Shown here piece by piece: positions 18,212 to 27,771 of a stretch of 64,000 nt of DNA (the first letter of the stretch is position 1; each line of letters opens with the position of its first letter). The notes under the pieces are model-generated. The model was given only the letters and a program-made list of their open reading frames with translations. It was not told where the DNA came from and searched no databases. The position numbers were made by a program, and so were the translations under genes. Origin of the DNA: Nitrospinaceae bacterium (GTDB lineage: Bacteria; Nitrospinota; Nitrospinia; Nitrospinales; Nitrospinaceae); contig OZ250172.1 in NCBI GenBank assembly GCA_965237905.1, forward strand, positions 1,344,001-1,408,000, given 5' to 3'.

Positions 18212-18895
18212 ATGATTAAAAAAGCCAACACTTTTTTTTCGGACGAAGAACGGAAACTTATAGAAAGCGCTATTTCTGAGGCCGAGAGTAAAACTTCCGG
18301 AGAGATTGTTCCAGTGCTTGCCACTCGGTCCGGTCGTTACGATCGAGCCGAAGATTTGTTTGGTTTTTTCTTCGCTTTAACAATCACTTCCTTGGTTTGG
18401 TATTTTTATCAGGGCGTGGTTCCGGTAGAAGGCGATTGGGCCCAGGGCTCCGCCCTGAAGATCAACCTGCCCATCTTACTCGGAACCCTTTTAGCGGGAT
18501 TCCTCCTTGGGGTCATCGGGGCGACCTGGCTTCCCTTTCTTCGCCTTCCTTTCATTGCCAAACAGGAGATGAAGGAAGAGGTGGAAAAAGCAGCGGCAGA
18601 GGCGTTCCAGAAATTTCGCTTACGCCGGACCCGCAACGCCACAGGTGTCCTAATTTATATTTCTTTATATGAACGAATGGTTCGTATTCTTGGCGATGAT
18701 GCGATAAACGAAAAACTTGAAGATAAAGATTGGGATGATATCTGTCAAACGGTTATCCAAGGAATCAGAGATGGAAGAGCGGCGGATGGTTTGAGAGAGG
18801 CCATCCAAAAATGCGGTAATCTTTTATCGGAGCACTTTCCTATCCAACCGGGCGACCAAAATGAACTTTCCAACGAACTCAAGATTATAGACTAA
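18212..18895 (+). CDS. TPM domain-containing membrane protein
   Basis: AESKTSGEIVPV..RSGRY, two TMs, TRNATGVLIYIS..ERMVRILGD, FP....DQNELSN. Confidence 0.88.
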   Translation: MIKKANTFFSDEERKLIESAISEAESKTSGEIVPVLATRSGRYDRAEDLFGFFFALTITSLVWYFYQGVVPVEGDWAQGSALKINLPILLGTLLAGFLLGVIGATWLPFLRLPFIAKQEMKEEVEKAAAEAFQKFRLRRTRNATGVLIYISLYERMVRILGDDAINEKLEDKDWDDICQTVIQGIRDGRAADGLREAIQKCGNLLSEHFPIQPGDQNELSNELKIID

Positions 18896-19044
18896 CATTG
18901 AGGCCCATCCACTTCCCCTTGCTTGGTCACCAGGTCTTTCTCTACCAGTACGTCCATGAGGGTTTCCATGCTGTACATGTTGGAGAGAACAATCTTCTCC
19001 AGAGGAACTTCTTCACGGTTACCGCCCTTTTGTTTTTCTGACAT
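18892..19044 (-). CDS. Small hypothetical protein (50 aa, possibly 3'-truncated)
   Basis: GGAGG RBS, MSEKQKGGNREEVPLEKIVLSNMYSMETLMDVLVEKDLVTKQGEVDGPQC. Below the ORF-track size cutoff. Confidence 0.5.
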   Translation of the reverse strand: MSEKQKGGNREEVPLEKIVLSNMYSMETLMDVLVEKDLVTKQGEVDGPQC

Positions 19045-19145
19045 GTAGTAAATCCTCCCTATTAACAGGCTTAGTCAAATCATATTCCTGCTCATCCAAG
19101 CAATGCAGGCATTGACCACGTGCTGGTCCCTTAAAGGCCCCACCC

Positions 19146-19265
19146 TTATGCTGAGGCTGCATCAGCGTCACGCTCTCAACCCCTCCCCTGAAAACCAGTT
19201 GCCCATCCCGCTTCCGGGCATTACCCTGAGAGAGCAAAAAAAGTACAACTATCTGGGGCAGGTCA
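19146..19265. mobile_element. IS3-family-like end / MITE remnant, copy B
   Basis: Same 34-bp block as 17218-17251. Ends in atctggggcaggtca. Confidence 0.55.
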
Positions 19266-19317
19266 ACACTTGAGGTAAAAAGCTATAAGATACTTTCTGT
19301 TAAACTTTTCTTAGCAG

Positions 19318-19347
19318 AATGTCCGCTATTGGCCGAAAACCGACGTT
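19318..19347 (+). repeat. Hairpin-like repeat site, copy 4
   Basis: aatgtccgctattggccgaaaaccgacgtt, an imperfect inverted repeat (aatgtc...gacgtt). Confidence 0.55.
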
Positions 19348-19516
19348 GATACCCCCGGCATAAATCGGCTACCACTTCCTCTGTTTCCCGTCGAGGCCAA
19401 GTGGACCATTCCTACCTTCCCTAAAATTCTCCCAGCTTTATGAGAACCAAAATAAGGCCCTGTTTTTTCCTAGCCCATACCAGAGCTTACTCGGCCAGCG
19501 ATCTCTTAAAACATTT

Positions 19517-19969
19517 TCATTTTTGCGATAGGTTATCGGGAAAGTGATCTGGATTTATTAGGGCCGCCTTTACCTTTCGCTGGGCTTCTGTAAGTTTGCG
19601 TTTATCGAAGGGATTTTTACCCATCCGGAAAGGGTGAAGGGGGCAATCCTTGTCCGAACATTCCCGGATCCGCTTCAACGGTTTACGGCCATTTTCCGAC
19701 CCACCCATACATCGAATGCAGCCTTGACGAATCGCGGCGACCGGCTTGATGGGGGCTCCGTGGATTTCAGTTTTCTCACGGCAAAGACCGGGACTCTTGG
19801 GTCCATTCTTAATTACGCTGCTATCTTTGACCACGATCTGGATTTGCTTGAGCTGTTGGGTCAAGTACGAGTTAGTTTCGGCTAGGTCTTTAAAAGCCTT
19901 GGCCTGCTCCGAACTTAAACCCGGTGGGATTGGGTAAGGATCATTCATCGTCATCCTCTTCGCTTTCAT
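19517..19969 (-). CDS. Phage-like hypothetical protein with a 4-Cys (putative Zn) motif
   Basis: AIRQGCIRCMGG...IRECSDKDCPLHPFRMGKNP...LTEAQR. Start may be 19948. Confidence 0.6.
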   Translation of the reverse strand: MKAKRMTMNDPYPIPPGLSSEQAKAFKDLAETNSYLTQQLKQIQIVVKDSSVIKNGPKSPGLCREKTEIHGAPIKPVAAIRQGCIRCMGGSENGRKPLKRIRECSDKDCPLHPFRMGKNPFDKRKLTEAQRKVKAALINPDHFPDNLSQK

Positions 19970-20172
19970 CCTCCAGCGCGTCGAGCAGATCGTTAATGGT
20001 CATAATTGAACAAAATATCCGCCTGGTCCTCGCGCGCGCGTACTGGTCCCGAAACTCCAATATTTTTTACTTTTTCTGCAGCTGTATTTCTTCTTCATGC
20101 TCGTTAGTTTTGTTCAATCCGGTATTCCAAGGGGAACCTTAAATAATTTTGGTTATTTCATGGCCATCAATT

Positions 20173-20545
20173 TTAATCCCTCTCATGAATCCGTTGAGTT
20201 TCTTTGTCGAAGTCCAGGCCGATCTCCTTGGGCGCCGGACCATTTCTGTTTTTATCTACCTTTAGGAAGTGCCTACCCTTTTTATCGAGACCCAAGATCA
20301 GAAAAACATCAGCCTTTTGAACGATCTTCCAGCTTCCCCCAATTTTGTTTTTTGAAACTTCCCTATCTCCCTCCCGGTTCAGTTGGGCCAGCAACACTAG
20401 TTTGATACCCAACGAGGTGCAAACCCCCTTGAGCCGTTGAACCCATCGCCCGTAGATTAAATACTCAGAATCCCGGAGTTCCTCTTTCGTTGGCTCGATC
20501 TCTCCGAGATAATCCAAGATCACGACTTTGACATCTCCTCTCGCC
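20173..20545 (-). pseudogene. C-terminal fragment of a DnaB-like (SF4) phage helicase
   Basis: VVILDYLG (Walker B), LLAQLNRE, IVQKADV, VDKNRNGP. No Walker A or N-terminal part. Confidence 0.8.
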
Positions 20546-20552
20546 CCGACCA
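20536..20552 (+). mobile_element. att-like site: 3' end of a tRNA-Pro
   Basis: tcctctcgccccgacca resembles the tRNA-Pro T-stem/acceptor/CCA end and is directly followed by a terminator hairpin. Confidence 0.6.
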
Positions 20553-20557
20553 GCGAC

Positions 20558-20606
20558 AAACCGCCGGAGGCAACTTTTAAACGAGTTGTCCTTCGGCGGT
20601 TTTTTT
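20558..20606 (+). terminator. Rho-independent terminator
   Basis: aaaccgccggaggcaact...agttgtccttcggcggttt followed by a T-run. Confidence 0.75.
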
Positions 20607-20762
20607 GGGTGCACAACTCTGTTATGGCACCAAATAGCTAGTTAAAACAAATACTTACAGTGCTCCGCCATAGGCCTTTTTTTGTTTGATATTTAAAGCC
20701 CAACCCTTACCCTAGTTCTATAACCCTGACTCATATTTGGAAACCTAAACCAAGAGAAACCG

Positions 20763-21341
20763 ATGTCTCGTGCCCATAAGAACCCATCCACAAAGACGGA
20801 AAGCACCCGTGAAATCGTGCTGGATAAAATTGAAACCACCCTGGAAACCACCATTTTCAACAGCCGCTGGTTGCTGGCGCCGTTCTATCTGGGGCTGGTG
20901 GTCAGCATCGCTTTGCTCTTTGTTAAATTTGCCCAGGAACTTTACCATTTAACAATCCATGTCGCCACCGCCTCCGAAAGCGCCGTGATTATCGGTATCT
21001 TGGCCCTGGTCGACATGGCCCTGGTCGGATCATTACTCCTGATGATTGTCTTCTCGGGTTATGAAATCTTCGTGTCAAAGATAGACGTGGGCGACCATGA
21101 GGACCGGCCCGATTGGATGGGCAAGGTGGATTTCAGCGGCCTCAAATTGAAAGTCATTGGCGCCATCGTCGCCATTTCCGCCATCGACCTTCTCAAAACG
21201 TTTATGGAAATCCCGGTTAATCCGACCGAAGCCAACTCCACAATGTTCCTGTGGAAGGTGACCATTCATATGGCCTTTGTCCTGAGTGGTGTCTTGTTCG
21301 CAGTGATGGACCGCATCTCTGCCGAAACAAAATCGCATTAA
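20763..21341 (+). CDS. UPF0114 / YqhA (TIGR00645) membrane protein
   Basis: SRWLLAPFYLGL, FSGYEIFVSKID, WMGKVDFSGLKLK, AISAIDLLKTFM. Confidence 0.9.
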   Translation: MSRAHKNPSTKTESTREIVLDKIETTLETTIFNSRWLLAPFYLGLVVSIALLFVKFAQELYHLTIHVATASESAVIIGILALVDMALVGSLLLMIVFSGYEIFVSKIDVGDHEDRPDWMGKVDFSGLKLKVIGAIVAISAIDLLKTFMEIPVNPTEANSTMFLWKVTIHMAFVLSGVLFAVMDRISAETKSH

Positions 21342-21626
21342 GCTTAAATCTATCAAACCGGGTGCGCACGCACCCTTTCTTCTCTCCATTACACGCAATT
21401 TCAACTGGTTAACTACAAACCGTTTGTGTTCTGGCGGTTCTGGTGTAAGGTTCGTGAACTATGTTACGATAATGGGGATGTCTTTTTGGCACACTCCGCC
21501 GGAGCCGGTTGTTTGGGTTCCACGTTCGCGGCTTCCTGTCAAAATTTCGTTTCTCGCAGGCAATCCTTCCTCCCCCGAGGAATTTTTTTATTTCATTCTC
21601 TTTTATTATTTACTTCAGGTGAGACT

Positions 21627-22121
21627 ATGATCAGGAATTTGAAACGGGTACCGGCGCTTTTATTATTGATTTGCGGACTGATGGTCTGGGCTCTGCCCGT
21701 GGCCGCAGGGGACCGGATGGCCAAGGACGGCGACGTGGTGTCCATCCATTACACAGGAAAGCTCGAGGATAAATCCGTGTTCGACACCTCGGACAACCGG
21801 GACCCTCTGGAATTCACACTGGGTGAGCAAAATATCATTCCCGGAATGAACAACGCCGTGCGCGGGATGAAGGCGGGCGAATCGAAAACCGTGTCCATTG
21901 CTCCGGCAGAAGCCTATGGCCCTTACGATGACAAACTGGTGTTCGAGGTGCCGACCAAAAACCTGCCGCCTGGAATCACTGCCGGCACTCCCTTGAGGGA
22001 TCCGCAAGGCCATATGGTGATGGTGAAGGACGTGAAGGGTGAGAAATCAACTCTGGATGCCAACCATATCCTGGCGGGCAAGACCTTGATCTTCGATATC
22101 AAACTGGTCAGCATCAAATAG
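21627..22121 (+). CDS. FKBP-type peptidyl-prolyl isomerase with signal peptide
   Basis: VSIHYTGKLED..VFDTS, IIPGM, EAYGPYD, DANHILAGKTLIFDI. Confidence 0.9.
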   Translation: MIRNLKRVPALLLLICGLMVWALPVAAGDRMAKDGDVVSIHYTGKLEDKSVFDTSDNRDPLEFTLGEQNIIPGMNNAVRGMKAGESKTVSIAPAEAYGPYDDKLVFEVPTKNLPPGITAGTPLRDPQGHMVMVKDVKGEKSTLDANHILAGKTLIFDIKLVSIK

Positions 22122-22220
22122 CCAGGCAACGAGAAAATATAAAACTCTTCTCCTCATGGGGAGAGGGCATAGAAAAAAGGATTAGGGAGCGTTCCCTGAT
22201 CCTTTTTTATTGTATGCGAT

Positions 22221-23546
22221 TTATTGGGAAGATCGTGCGCAACGGAAACCGGTGCCTTCGGGCCGCAATTGAAAATGTGAGTCGCGGCGGTTGGCAGACC
22301 GCAATGCTCCCGCGTTTTCGTTCCACGCCCCGCCCCGGTACACTTTATTGGTAATGGCTTGGGAACCGATGCAATCCGCCCGCATGCAGGCCTGCAAATC
22401 CGGGCGGGGTCCGGGAGGATCCTTTTCCGGGCTCACCAAATAGTAATTTTTTTCAACGCCCATCCAATCCTGAATCCACTCGCTGACGTTGCCCGCCATA
22501 TCGTAGAGCCCGAACGGATTGGGCGGGAACGATCCCACCGGCGCGGTGTGTTTGAATCCATCGGTAACGCGCGGCTCCCGGATGTTCAACTCGCAGACGC
22601 TGTCGCAGAAGTTGGCTTCTTTTCCGGAAAGGGTGGGTCCCCAGTAAAACGGCGTGGTGGTTCCCGCACGCGCGGCATATTCCCATTCGGCCTCGGTCGG
22701 CAGGCGCATGCCGATTTTTTTACAATAATCGCTGGCCTCATCCCACGTCAGGCTGTCGACCGGCAGGTCCGCCCCGACATGTTGGGAAGGATTGGTTCCC
22801 ATCACCGCCTGAAAATTTTTCTGCCGCACTTCGTACTTGCCCATCTGAAAGGCTGAAATACAAACTTTATGGACCGGCCGTTCGTCCGGATCGCCCTGCT
22901 CACTTCCCATTTGAAAACAACCGGCGGGAATCGCTGCCATTTCCTCGTCGGCCCTGGCATGCTGGGTGGAAATGAGACTTTTCTGAACCTCAGCTTTTAA
23001 GGCTAGAGCCTGATCCCGCGTCGCGGTGGGAATGCCTTTGTATTGGATCCGGGTTTTGCTTTTCGGCAGTAATTTCATCTTACCGGTTTTCATGAAATAC
23101 ACCCGGTAGTGTGGAACCAACTTCACCACGTCGCCCCGGATAAACGATTGGGACTGTTCTTTCTCCTCAGCAGCAGACTCATCCACCACCATCACCGTTT
23201 CATCCACCAGCTCCGCCTCATGGGGATTCGGGTCGCCTTCGACATAGATCCGCACGTTACGCCCTTTGACAACGGGCATTTTCAGAATGCGGTCAATGAG
23301 GGTTTCCGCCTCCTGGAATTTTTTCAATTTGATTTTGGTTTCAGCCAGGGCGCGAATCGCTTTGTGGTCATCCGGCGCTTTAGCCACCACTTGGCTGAAA
23401 AACTTTTCGGCTTCCTTATATTTCCCCTCACTGAAAGCCTTTTGGCCCGATTGGAGAAGATCGGCCTCTCCCGCCAGCGCAACTCCGGCAGGAGGGATCA
23501 TCAAACCCATCATTAACAAAATCCATACAGGAAAAATATGTTTCAT
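22221..23546 (-). CDS. TPR + formylglycine-generating-enzyme (FGE-sulfatase) domain protein
   Basis: Signal peptide, N-terminal TPRs, FQMGS..ERPVH, RLPTEAEWEYAARAG, PNPFGLYDMAGNVSEW, GFRCAR. Confidence 0.9.
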   Translation of the reverse strand: MKHIFPVWILLMMGLMIPPAGVALAGEADLLQSGQKAFSEGKYKEAEKFFSQVVAKAPDDHKAIRALAETKIKLKKFQEAETLIDRILKMPVVKGRNVRIYVEGDPNPHEAELVDETVMVVDESAAEEKEQSQSFIRGDVVKLVPHYRVYFMKTGKMKLLPKSKTRIQYKGIPTATRDQALALKAEVQKSLISTQHARADEEMAAIPAGCFQMGSEQGDPDERPVHKVCISAFQMGKYEVRQKNFQAVMGTNPSQHVGADLPVDSLTWDEASDYCKKIGMRLPTEAEWEYAARAGTTTPFYWGPTLSGKEANFCDSVCELNIREPRVTDGFKHTAPVGSFPPNPFGLYDMAGNVSEWIQDWMGVEKNYYLVSPEKDPPGPRPDLQACMRADCIGSQAITNKVYRGGAWNENAGALRSANRRDSHFQLRPEGTGFRCARSSQ

Positions 23547-23610
23547 GTACCGTGCTCCTCAGTTCAGAAAATATCGTTAAATATGCCGTAATTAAATGTG
23601 AAATGCGACT

Positions 23611-24627
23611 TTAATTTAACGGGAAACGTTTGGAGGAATAAAGCGCGCGGTAAGCGAATACAGCAACTCCTGTAACCAGCAGAAATGCAAAGAAAAGCAC
23701 CGCCCACTGGCTGTCTGGATATTCCAGCTTATCGGGCCAGTAAACCCATGTGATCGCACCGCTCCATACCACCCCCGGTGCCACCCATACCAAATATTTC
23801 AAACCCCTTCTTCCGCCTTTAAACCAAATCCAGACATTCAGGACGCTCAGAAAAACGACAAAGAGTAGAACGGATTCGACCGGATCAAAACCGCGGATCC
23901 CCCTTTGCGCCAACTGCCGATGGATTTGTTCCCTCTCCGCCAACTCTTTCAGGAACGCGCAACTGGGTTGCCCTTTCTCCGCATGGTTCTCGCAATCGAA
24001 TTGAAATAATTCCCGCGCCCGATTCCATTGTCCGGCGCGCTCGAATCCTTTCGCCAGGCGGTAACAGGGACCGTAATTGGCGGGGTCGGGTGGACGAAAA
24101 TGGTTCCGGCACAAGGGTTCCAAATGACGGGCCGCTGATTCCATTTCGACCAGCTTTAAATACTCTTGCCCGAGATAAAAACAGGTGATGGGTTTCTCTT
24201 CCTCACAACGAGCCTCCACAGGAGCGGCTTCCTCATCCAGGCGGTTCATTTTCCAGGCAAGGCTCAGTAAAGGAGTGCAAGCGCGCAGGTGACCCGGGGT
24301 GGGATGTTTTTTACATGCGGTGCGATAGAGTTCCAAAGCGCGTTTCCGGTGCCCGGCTTTCTCTTCTTTAATACCCAGGGCGAGGCAGTATATGGTTTTC
24401 CCCTTGAAACATTGCTGGCGCGCCTGGTCGTCATTCAGCGCTTCCTCATCGGCATAGGCCCAGCAAACCCACATCAATAGAACGGTACTTATCAAAAGAA
24501 CATGTTTTAAACACTGGAATCCTGTGGCAGGAAACAAACCATAAAAAGACCGGCGGGGCGGCCGGGCTTGGGAATGATTCGTAAGGTTGATCAAGGGAAC
24601 CTTGAGAAACAATTGGGTTGGGTTCAT
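23611..24627 (-). CDS. Cys-rich Sel1-like repeat membrane protein (start uncertain)
   Basis: Repeated C..x..C..LG helical-hairpin units and three C-terminal TMs. Confidence 0.6.
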   Translation of the reverse strand: MNPTQLFLKVPLINLTNHSQARPPRRSFYGLFPATGFQCLKHVLLISTVLLMWVCWAYADEEALNDDQARQQCFKGKTIYCLALGIKEEKAGHRKRALELYRTACKKHPTPGHLRACTPLLSLAWKMNRLDEEAAPVEARCEEEKPITCFYLGQEYLKLVEMESAARHLEPLCRNHFRPPDPANYGPCYRLAKGFERAGQWNRARELFQFDCENHAEKGQPSCAFLKELAEREQIHRQLAQRGIRGFDPVESVLLFVVFLSVLNVWIWFKGGRRGLKYLVWVAPGVVWSGAITWVYWPDKLEYPDSQWAVLFFAFLLVTGVAVFAYRALYSSKRFPLN

Positions 24628-24799
24628 CGGCCATCAGACTTCTTTATGGTAGCACGATTGTTCATTTTCCATGACGATTTGACCTTGAGTTAAACGGCAT
24701 TGAATTCAGTATACACGCAGACCAATAAAAGTTGATTTTTCGATTATTTCCTAATATGGTAGGGTCAAATATAATTATTCATTCTTGGAGAATATAAAA

Positions 24800-25279
24800 A
24801 TGGTCAAAAAAGACGCCGTCGTTTCGCTGAGTTATACCTTAAATAATGGTGATGGACAGGAACTGGACAAATCCACTCCCGATAAACCGTTTGCATATCT
24901 TCATGGCAATAAACAGATTGTACCGGGGCTGGAGAATGCATTGGAAGGTATGGTCATCGGGGATAAGAAGGAAGTCACGGTGCCTCCGGCGGAAGGTTAC
25001 GGCGAGTTTGTTCCTGGGCTGAAAATGGATATCGAGCGTTCCAATTTCCCCAAAGATATCGAGATCCAGCCCGGCATGCAGTTCTCCGCAGAAGTCAGCG
25101 GGAACAACCAGGTCTTCACCGTTACCGGCCTTGAAGGTGACAAAGTCCAGGTCGACGGCAACCATCCGCTAGCCGGCCAGACCCTTCATTTTGCTGTCGA
25201 GGTGGTTGAAATTCGTGACGCTACTAAAGAGGAGCTGGAACACGGGCACATTCATGGCCCTGGCGGTCACAACCATTAA
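24800..25279 (+). CDS. slyD: SlyD-type FKBP PPIase
   Basis: YLHG..QIVPGLENALEG, VDGNHPLAGQTLHFAVEVVEIRDATKEELEHGHIHGPGGHNH. Confidence 0.92.
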   Translation: MVKKDAVVSLSYTLNNGDGQELDKSTPDKPFAYLHGNKQIVPGLENALEGMVIGDKKEVTVPPAEGYGEFVPGLKMDIERSNFPKDIEIQPGMQFSAEVSGNNQVFTVTGLEGDKVQVDGNHPLAGQTLHFAVEVVEIRDATKEELEHGHIHGPGGHNH

Positions 25280-25454
25280 ATACGGCTGGAGAGGATTTGC
25301 GCGGAACCCCCCGCTTCACCTCAGCGGGTTCTTTTGATAAGAATCAGGAAATTGATAACCGGTTTCAATATTGACGCCTGCTTCGCTCTCCTCTGATCTT
25401 TAACTCCTCCAGTCGATCCCTGCGCCAAATTTATAGAGAGGACTCTTATTCCGC

Positions 25455-27071
25455 TCAAGACTTCGTCACGGGCTTAAGGACTTTCACCAACTCGTGTTCG
25501 GCCTCCTCTTTTTCTATAAGATTGCGTATGATACCCGTAAACATTTGTTGACCCTCAATTACGGTTTCATTGACCGCCAGTTCCGCAGAAAATTTCGTGC
25601 CGTCCTTTTTTCTTGCCGTTATCACACGGCGTAACCCCAAAGCGGCCGACTTTTTGGATTGGAGAAGATTCTTGAAGTATCCATCGCTCCGGACACCCTC
25701 CGCCCCTGCCATCATGAGATCAATATTTTGTCCGAGTGCTTCGTCAATTTTGAGACCGAATAAATGCTCCGCCGCGCGATTGAAGGAATGGATGGTCCCC
25801 TCTTCATCAATGGTAATAATGCCATCAACCACATTATTCATAATCTCGGCCAAACGATGCTCGCCGGCCTCGAGAACTTCAATAGTCTTTTTCTGCCCGT
25901 CGATTTCTATTTGAAGATCTTTGTTTAATTTCGTTAAATTTGAAGTGTGCTCGTGGGCCCGTTTATCAAGGTCTTGATGAGCTCTACCGGGAAAGTTCTC
26001 TAATTTTTTCCGGTCGGTTATATCTTGAACAATGGCAACGAACTGCGGACGTGTTTCAGTTCTTGAGAGTTGGAGGCGGATATCGACAGGATAAAGGGTT
26101 CCACTTTTTCTCTTATGAACCGCTTCAAAAGCGGTGACTGATTCAAGCCCTCTCTTTAATGAAGCGGTCAGTTTCTCAAACTGTTCCCATGTGAGCTCTG
26201 GTAACAGGTCTACAGGGGTCATCTCGTAAAGCTCTTCCTTGTTGTAACGCAGATTGAGTCGAGCCGCTAGATTGACTTTGTCAAACTTAAAGGTTTCCGC
26301 ATCAAAAATATAAATCTCGTTAAAGGATTTATCCACAATGCGGCCTAAACGAGCCGCCAGATTCTCCGCTTCCTTCTGTTCGGTGATATCTTGAAGGGTT
26401 CCCAGGATTTTAGTCGACTTCCCTTTTTGATCCAGATAAACTTCCGAGCGTTGCTTTATAATTCGAATGGAACCATCTCGACGCACTACCCGATGGGTAA
26501 GATTAAAGGCTGTCCCTTGGTCCAGGGCTTTCTGGATCTCCTTTTTTACAAAACTGCGATCATCCGGATGAACGGATTTCAAAAATCTCTGAAAGTTTAT
26601 AGCCGTATTATTCGGGCTGCAATCCAGTATCCGGTAAACTTCATTAGACAACCGCACTTCCTGACCCGATAACTCGAGCACCCAGCTCCCCGTTTTGGAA
26701 ATTTCATGGGCGCGGGCCAAATCTTTCTCAACTTTTTTATGCCGGCCCATTTCATCTTCCAGGTTTTTTCGGAGACTCTCACCTTTTCGCCATATGTTGA
26801 ATCCCAGGCCAGCAATGAGAGCAAGAAAAGCTCCTGTCACAGCCAACAAAAATCCTAGTATAATATTAAATTGCATCGGGGTCCAATCCGGGTAGACCTG
26901 CATCAACGCCGGAATATTCAAATACCAGCTGGCAATCACAAGGAATCCCAAAAACATGGCAAAAATACTTAAAACTTGGGCCGAAATCAGGAACCCACCC
27001 CGAGCGGCTTCCAGGCTTTTGGAATTCGTAGATTGCTCATTCTGATCAATTGTTAAAATTTTTGATTTCAA
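25455..27071 (-). CDS. Membrane-anchored multi-PAS sensor protein without a recognisable output domain
   Basis: Two TMs and three PAS/PAC units (VHPDD...QDITEQK; HKRKSG..YPV..QDITDRK; DGIITIDEEG..FNRAAE..KKDGTKF). Ends right after the last PAC. Confidence 0.85.
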   Translation of the reverse strand: MKSKILTIDQNEQSTNSKSLEAARGGFLISAQVLSIFAMFLGFLVIASWYLNIPALMQVYPDWTPMQFNIILGFLLAVTGAFLALIAGLGFNIWRKGESLRKNLEDEMGRHKKVEKDLARAHEISKTGSWVLELSGQEVRLSNEVYRILDCSPNNTAINFQRFLKSVHPDDRSFVKKEIQKALDQGTAFNLTHRVVRRDGSIRIIKQRSEVYLDQKGKSTKILGTLQDITEQKEAENLAARLGRIVDKSFNEIYIFDAETFKFDKVNLAARLNLRYNKEELYEMTPVDLLPELTWEQFEKLTASLKRGLESVTAFEAVHKRKSGTLYPVDIRLQLSRTETRPQFVAIVQDITDRKKLENFPGRAHQDLDKRAHEHTSNLTKLNKDLQIEIDGQKKTIEVLEAGEHRLAEIMNNVVDGIITIDEEGTIHSFNRAAEHLFGLKIDEALGQNIDLMMAGAEGVRSDGYFKNLLQSKKSAALGLRRVITARKKDGTKFSAELAVNETVIEGQQMFTGIIRNLIEKEEAEHELVKVLKPVTKS

Positions 27072-27115
27072 TTTATTATGCCGGAGGTTGTTTATGCTCT
27101 CTTCTCCCTATACTA

Positions 27116-27131
27116 TGCAATTTAGAGGCCA
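27116..27131 (-). promoter_or_regulatory. Putative sigma54 -24/-12 promoter for the PAS gene
   Basis: Minus strand TGGCCTCTAAATTGCA = GG-N10-GC with TTGCA, about 45 bp upstream of the start. Confidence 0.6.
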
Positions 27132-27377
27132 AACGTATAACTAGCTTAAATACAATAGGTTTTACATTCGGTCCCTCCCTTTTCAGACCGGCTGGAGTGT
27201 GTCAATTCTGGTATTTCTGTTTCATATGTAACTCTTTAGAGATTACATTTACCAGTAGCGGAGAATATTCGGAAATTACGTAGGGGGATAATTTCTGGTA
27301 TATTGGATGCTTCAGAAAGGGAAGCTACACAGAACCCAACGCCCTTTACCCTCAACCGAAAACCAGTAAAACCATGC

Positions 27378-27454
27378 GCGCCTGTAGCTCAGCTGGATAG
27401 AGCAGCGGACTTCTAATCCGCAGGTCGTACGTTCGAGTCGTACCAGGCGTACCA
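27378..27454 (+). tRNA. tRNA-Arg (anticodon TCT)
   Basis: GCGCCTG/CAGGCGT acceptor stem, D-arm AGCTCAGCTGGATAGAGC, anticodon arm GCGGA-CTTCTAA-TCCGC, GTTCGAGTC T-loop, encoded CCA. Confidence 0.97.
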
Positions 27455-27481
27455 AATAAGGCCTTATCAGGTATATTCTTA

Positions 27482-27522
27482 ACAGCGACCCCATTGTTTG
27501 ATCGGGGTCGCTGTTTTTTTTT
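27482..27522 (+). terminator. Rho-independent terminator after tRNA-Arg
   Basis: acagcgacccc...ggggtcgctgt followed by a T-run. Confidence 0.85.
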
Positions 27523-27771
27523 AATCAGGGAATAATGGGGTTTGTAAATAGGGGGGATGCCGAGCCGGGCATTTACCATTTCCATCTCTGGCGGGTGCTC
27601 AATCAATCTGTAAAACCTCCACTTAAAGAATTGTACAACGGATGAAGCTCGGTTAAACTTAAATAGTACGGCAGGCAGATAAATTTGTTCCATGCCATTT
27701 TCCCAAATTAATATCAATTCAATGTTAGCAATCCATACCGCTCTCTCTTAGGGGCGGGCGAGGGTGATTCA

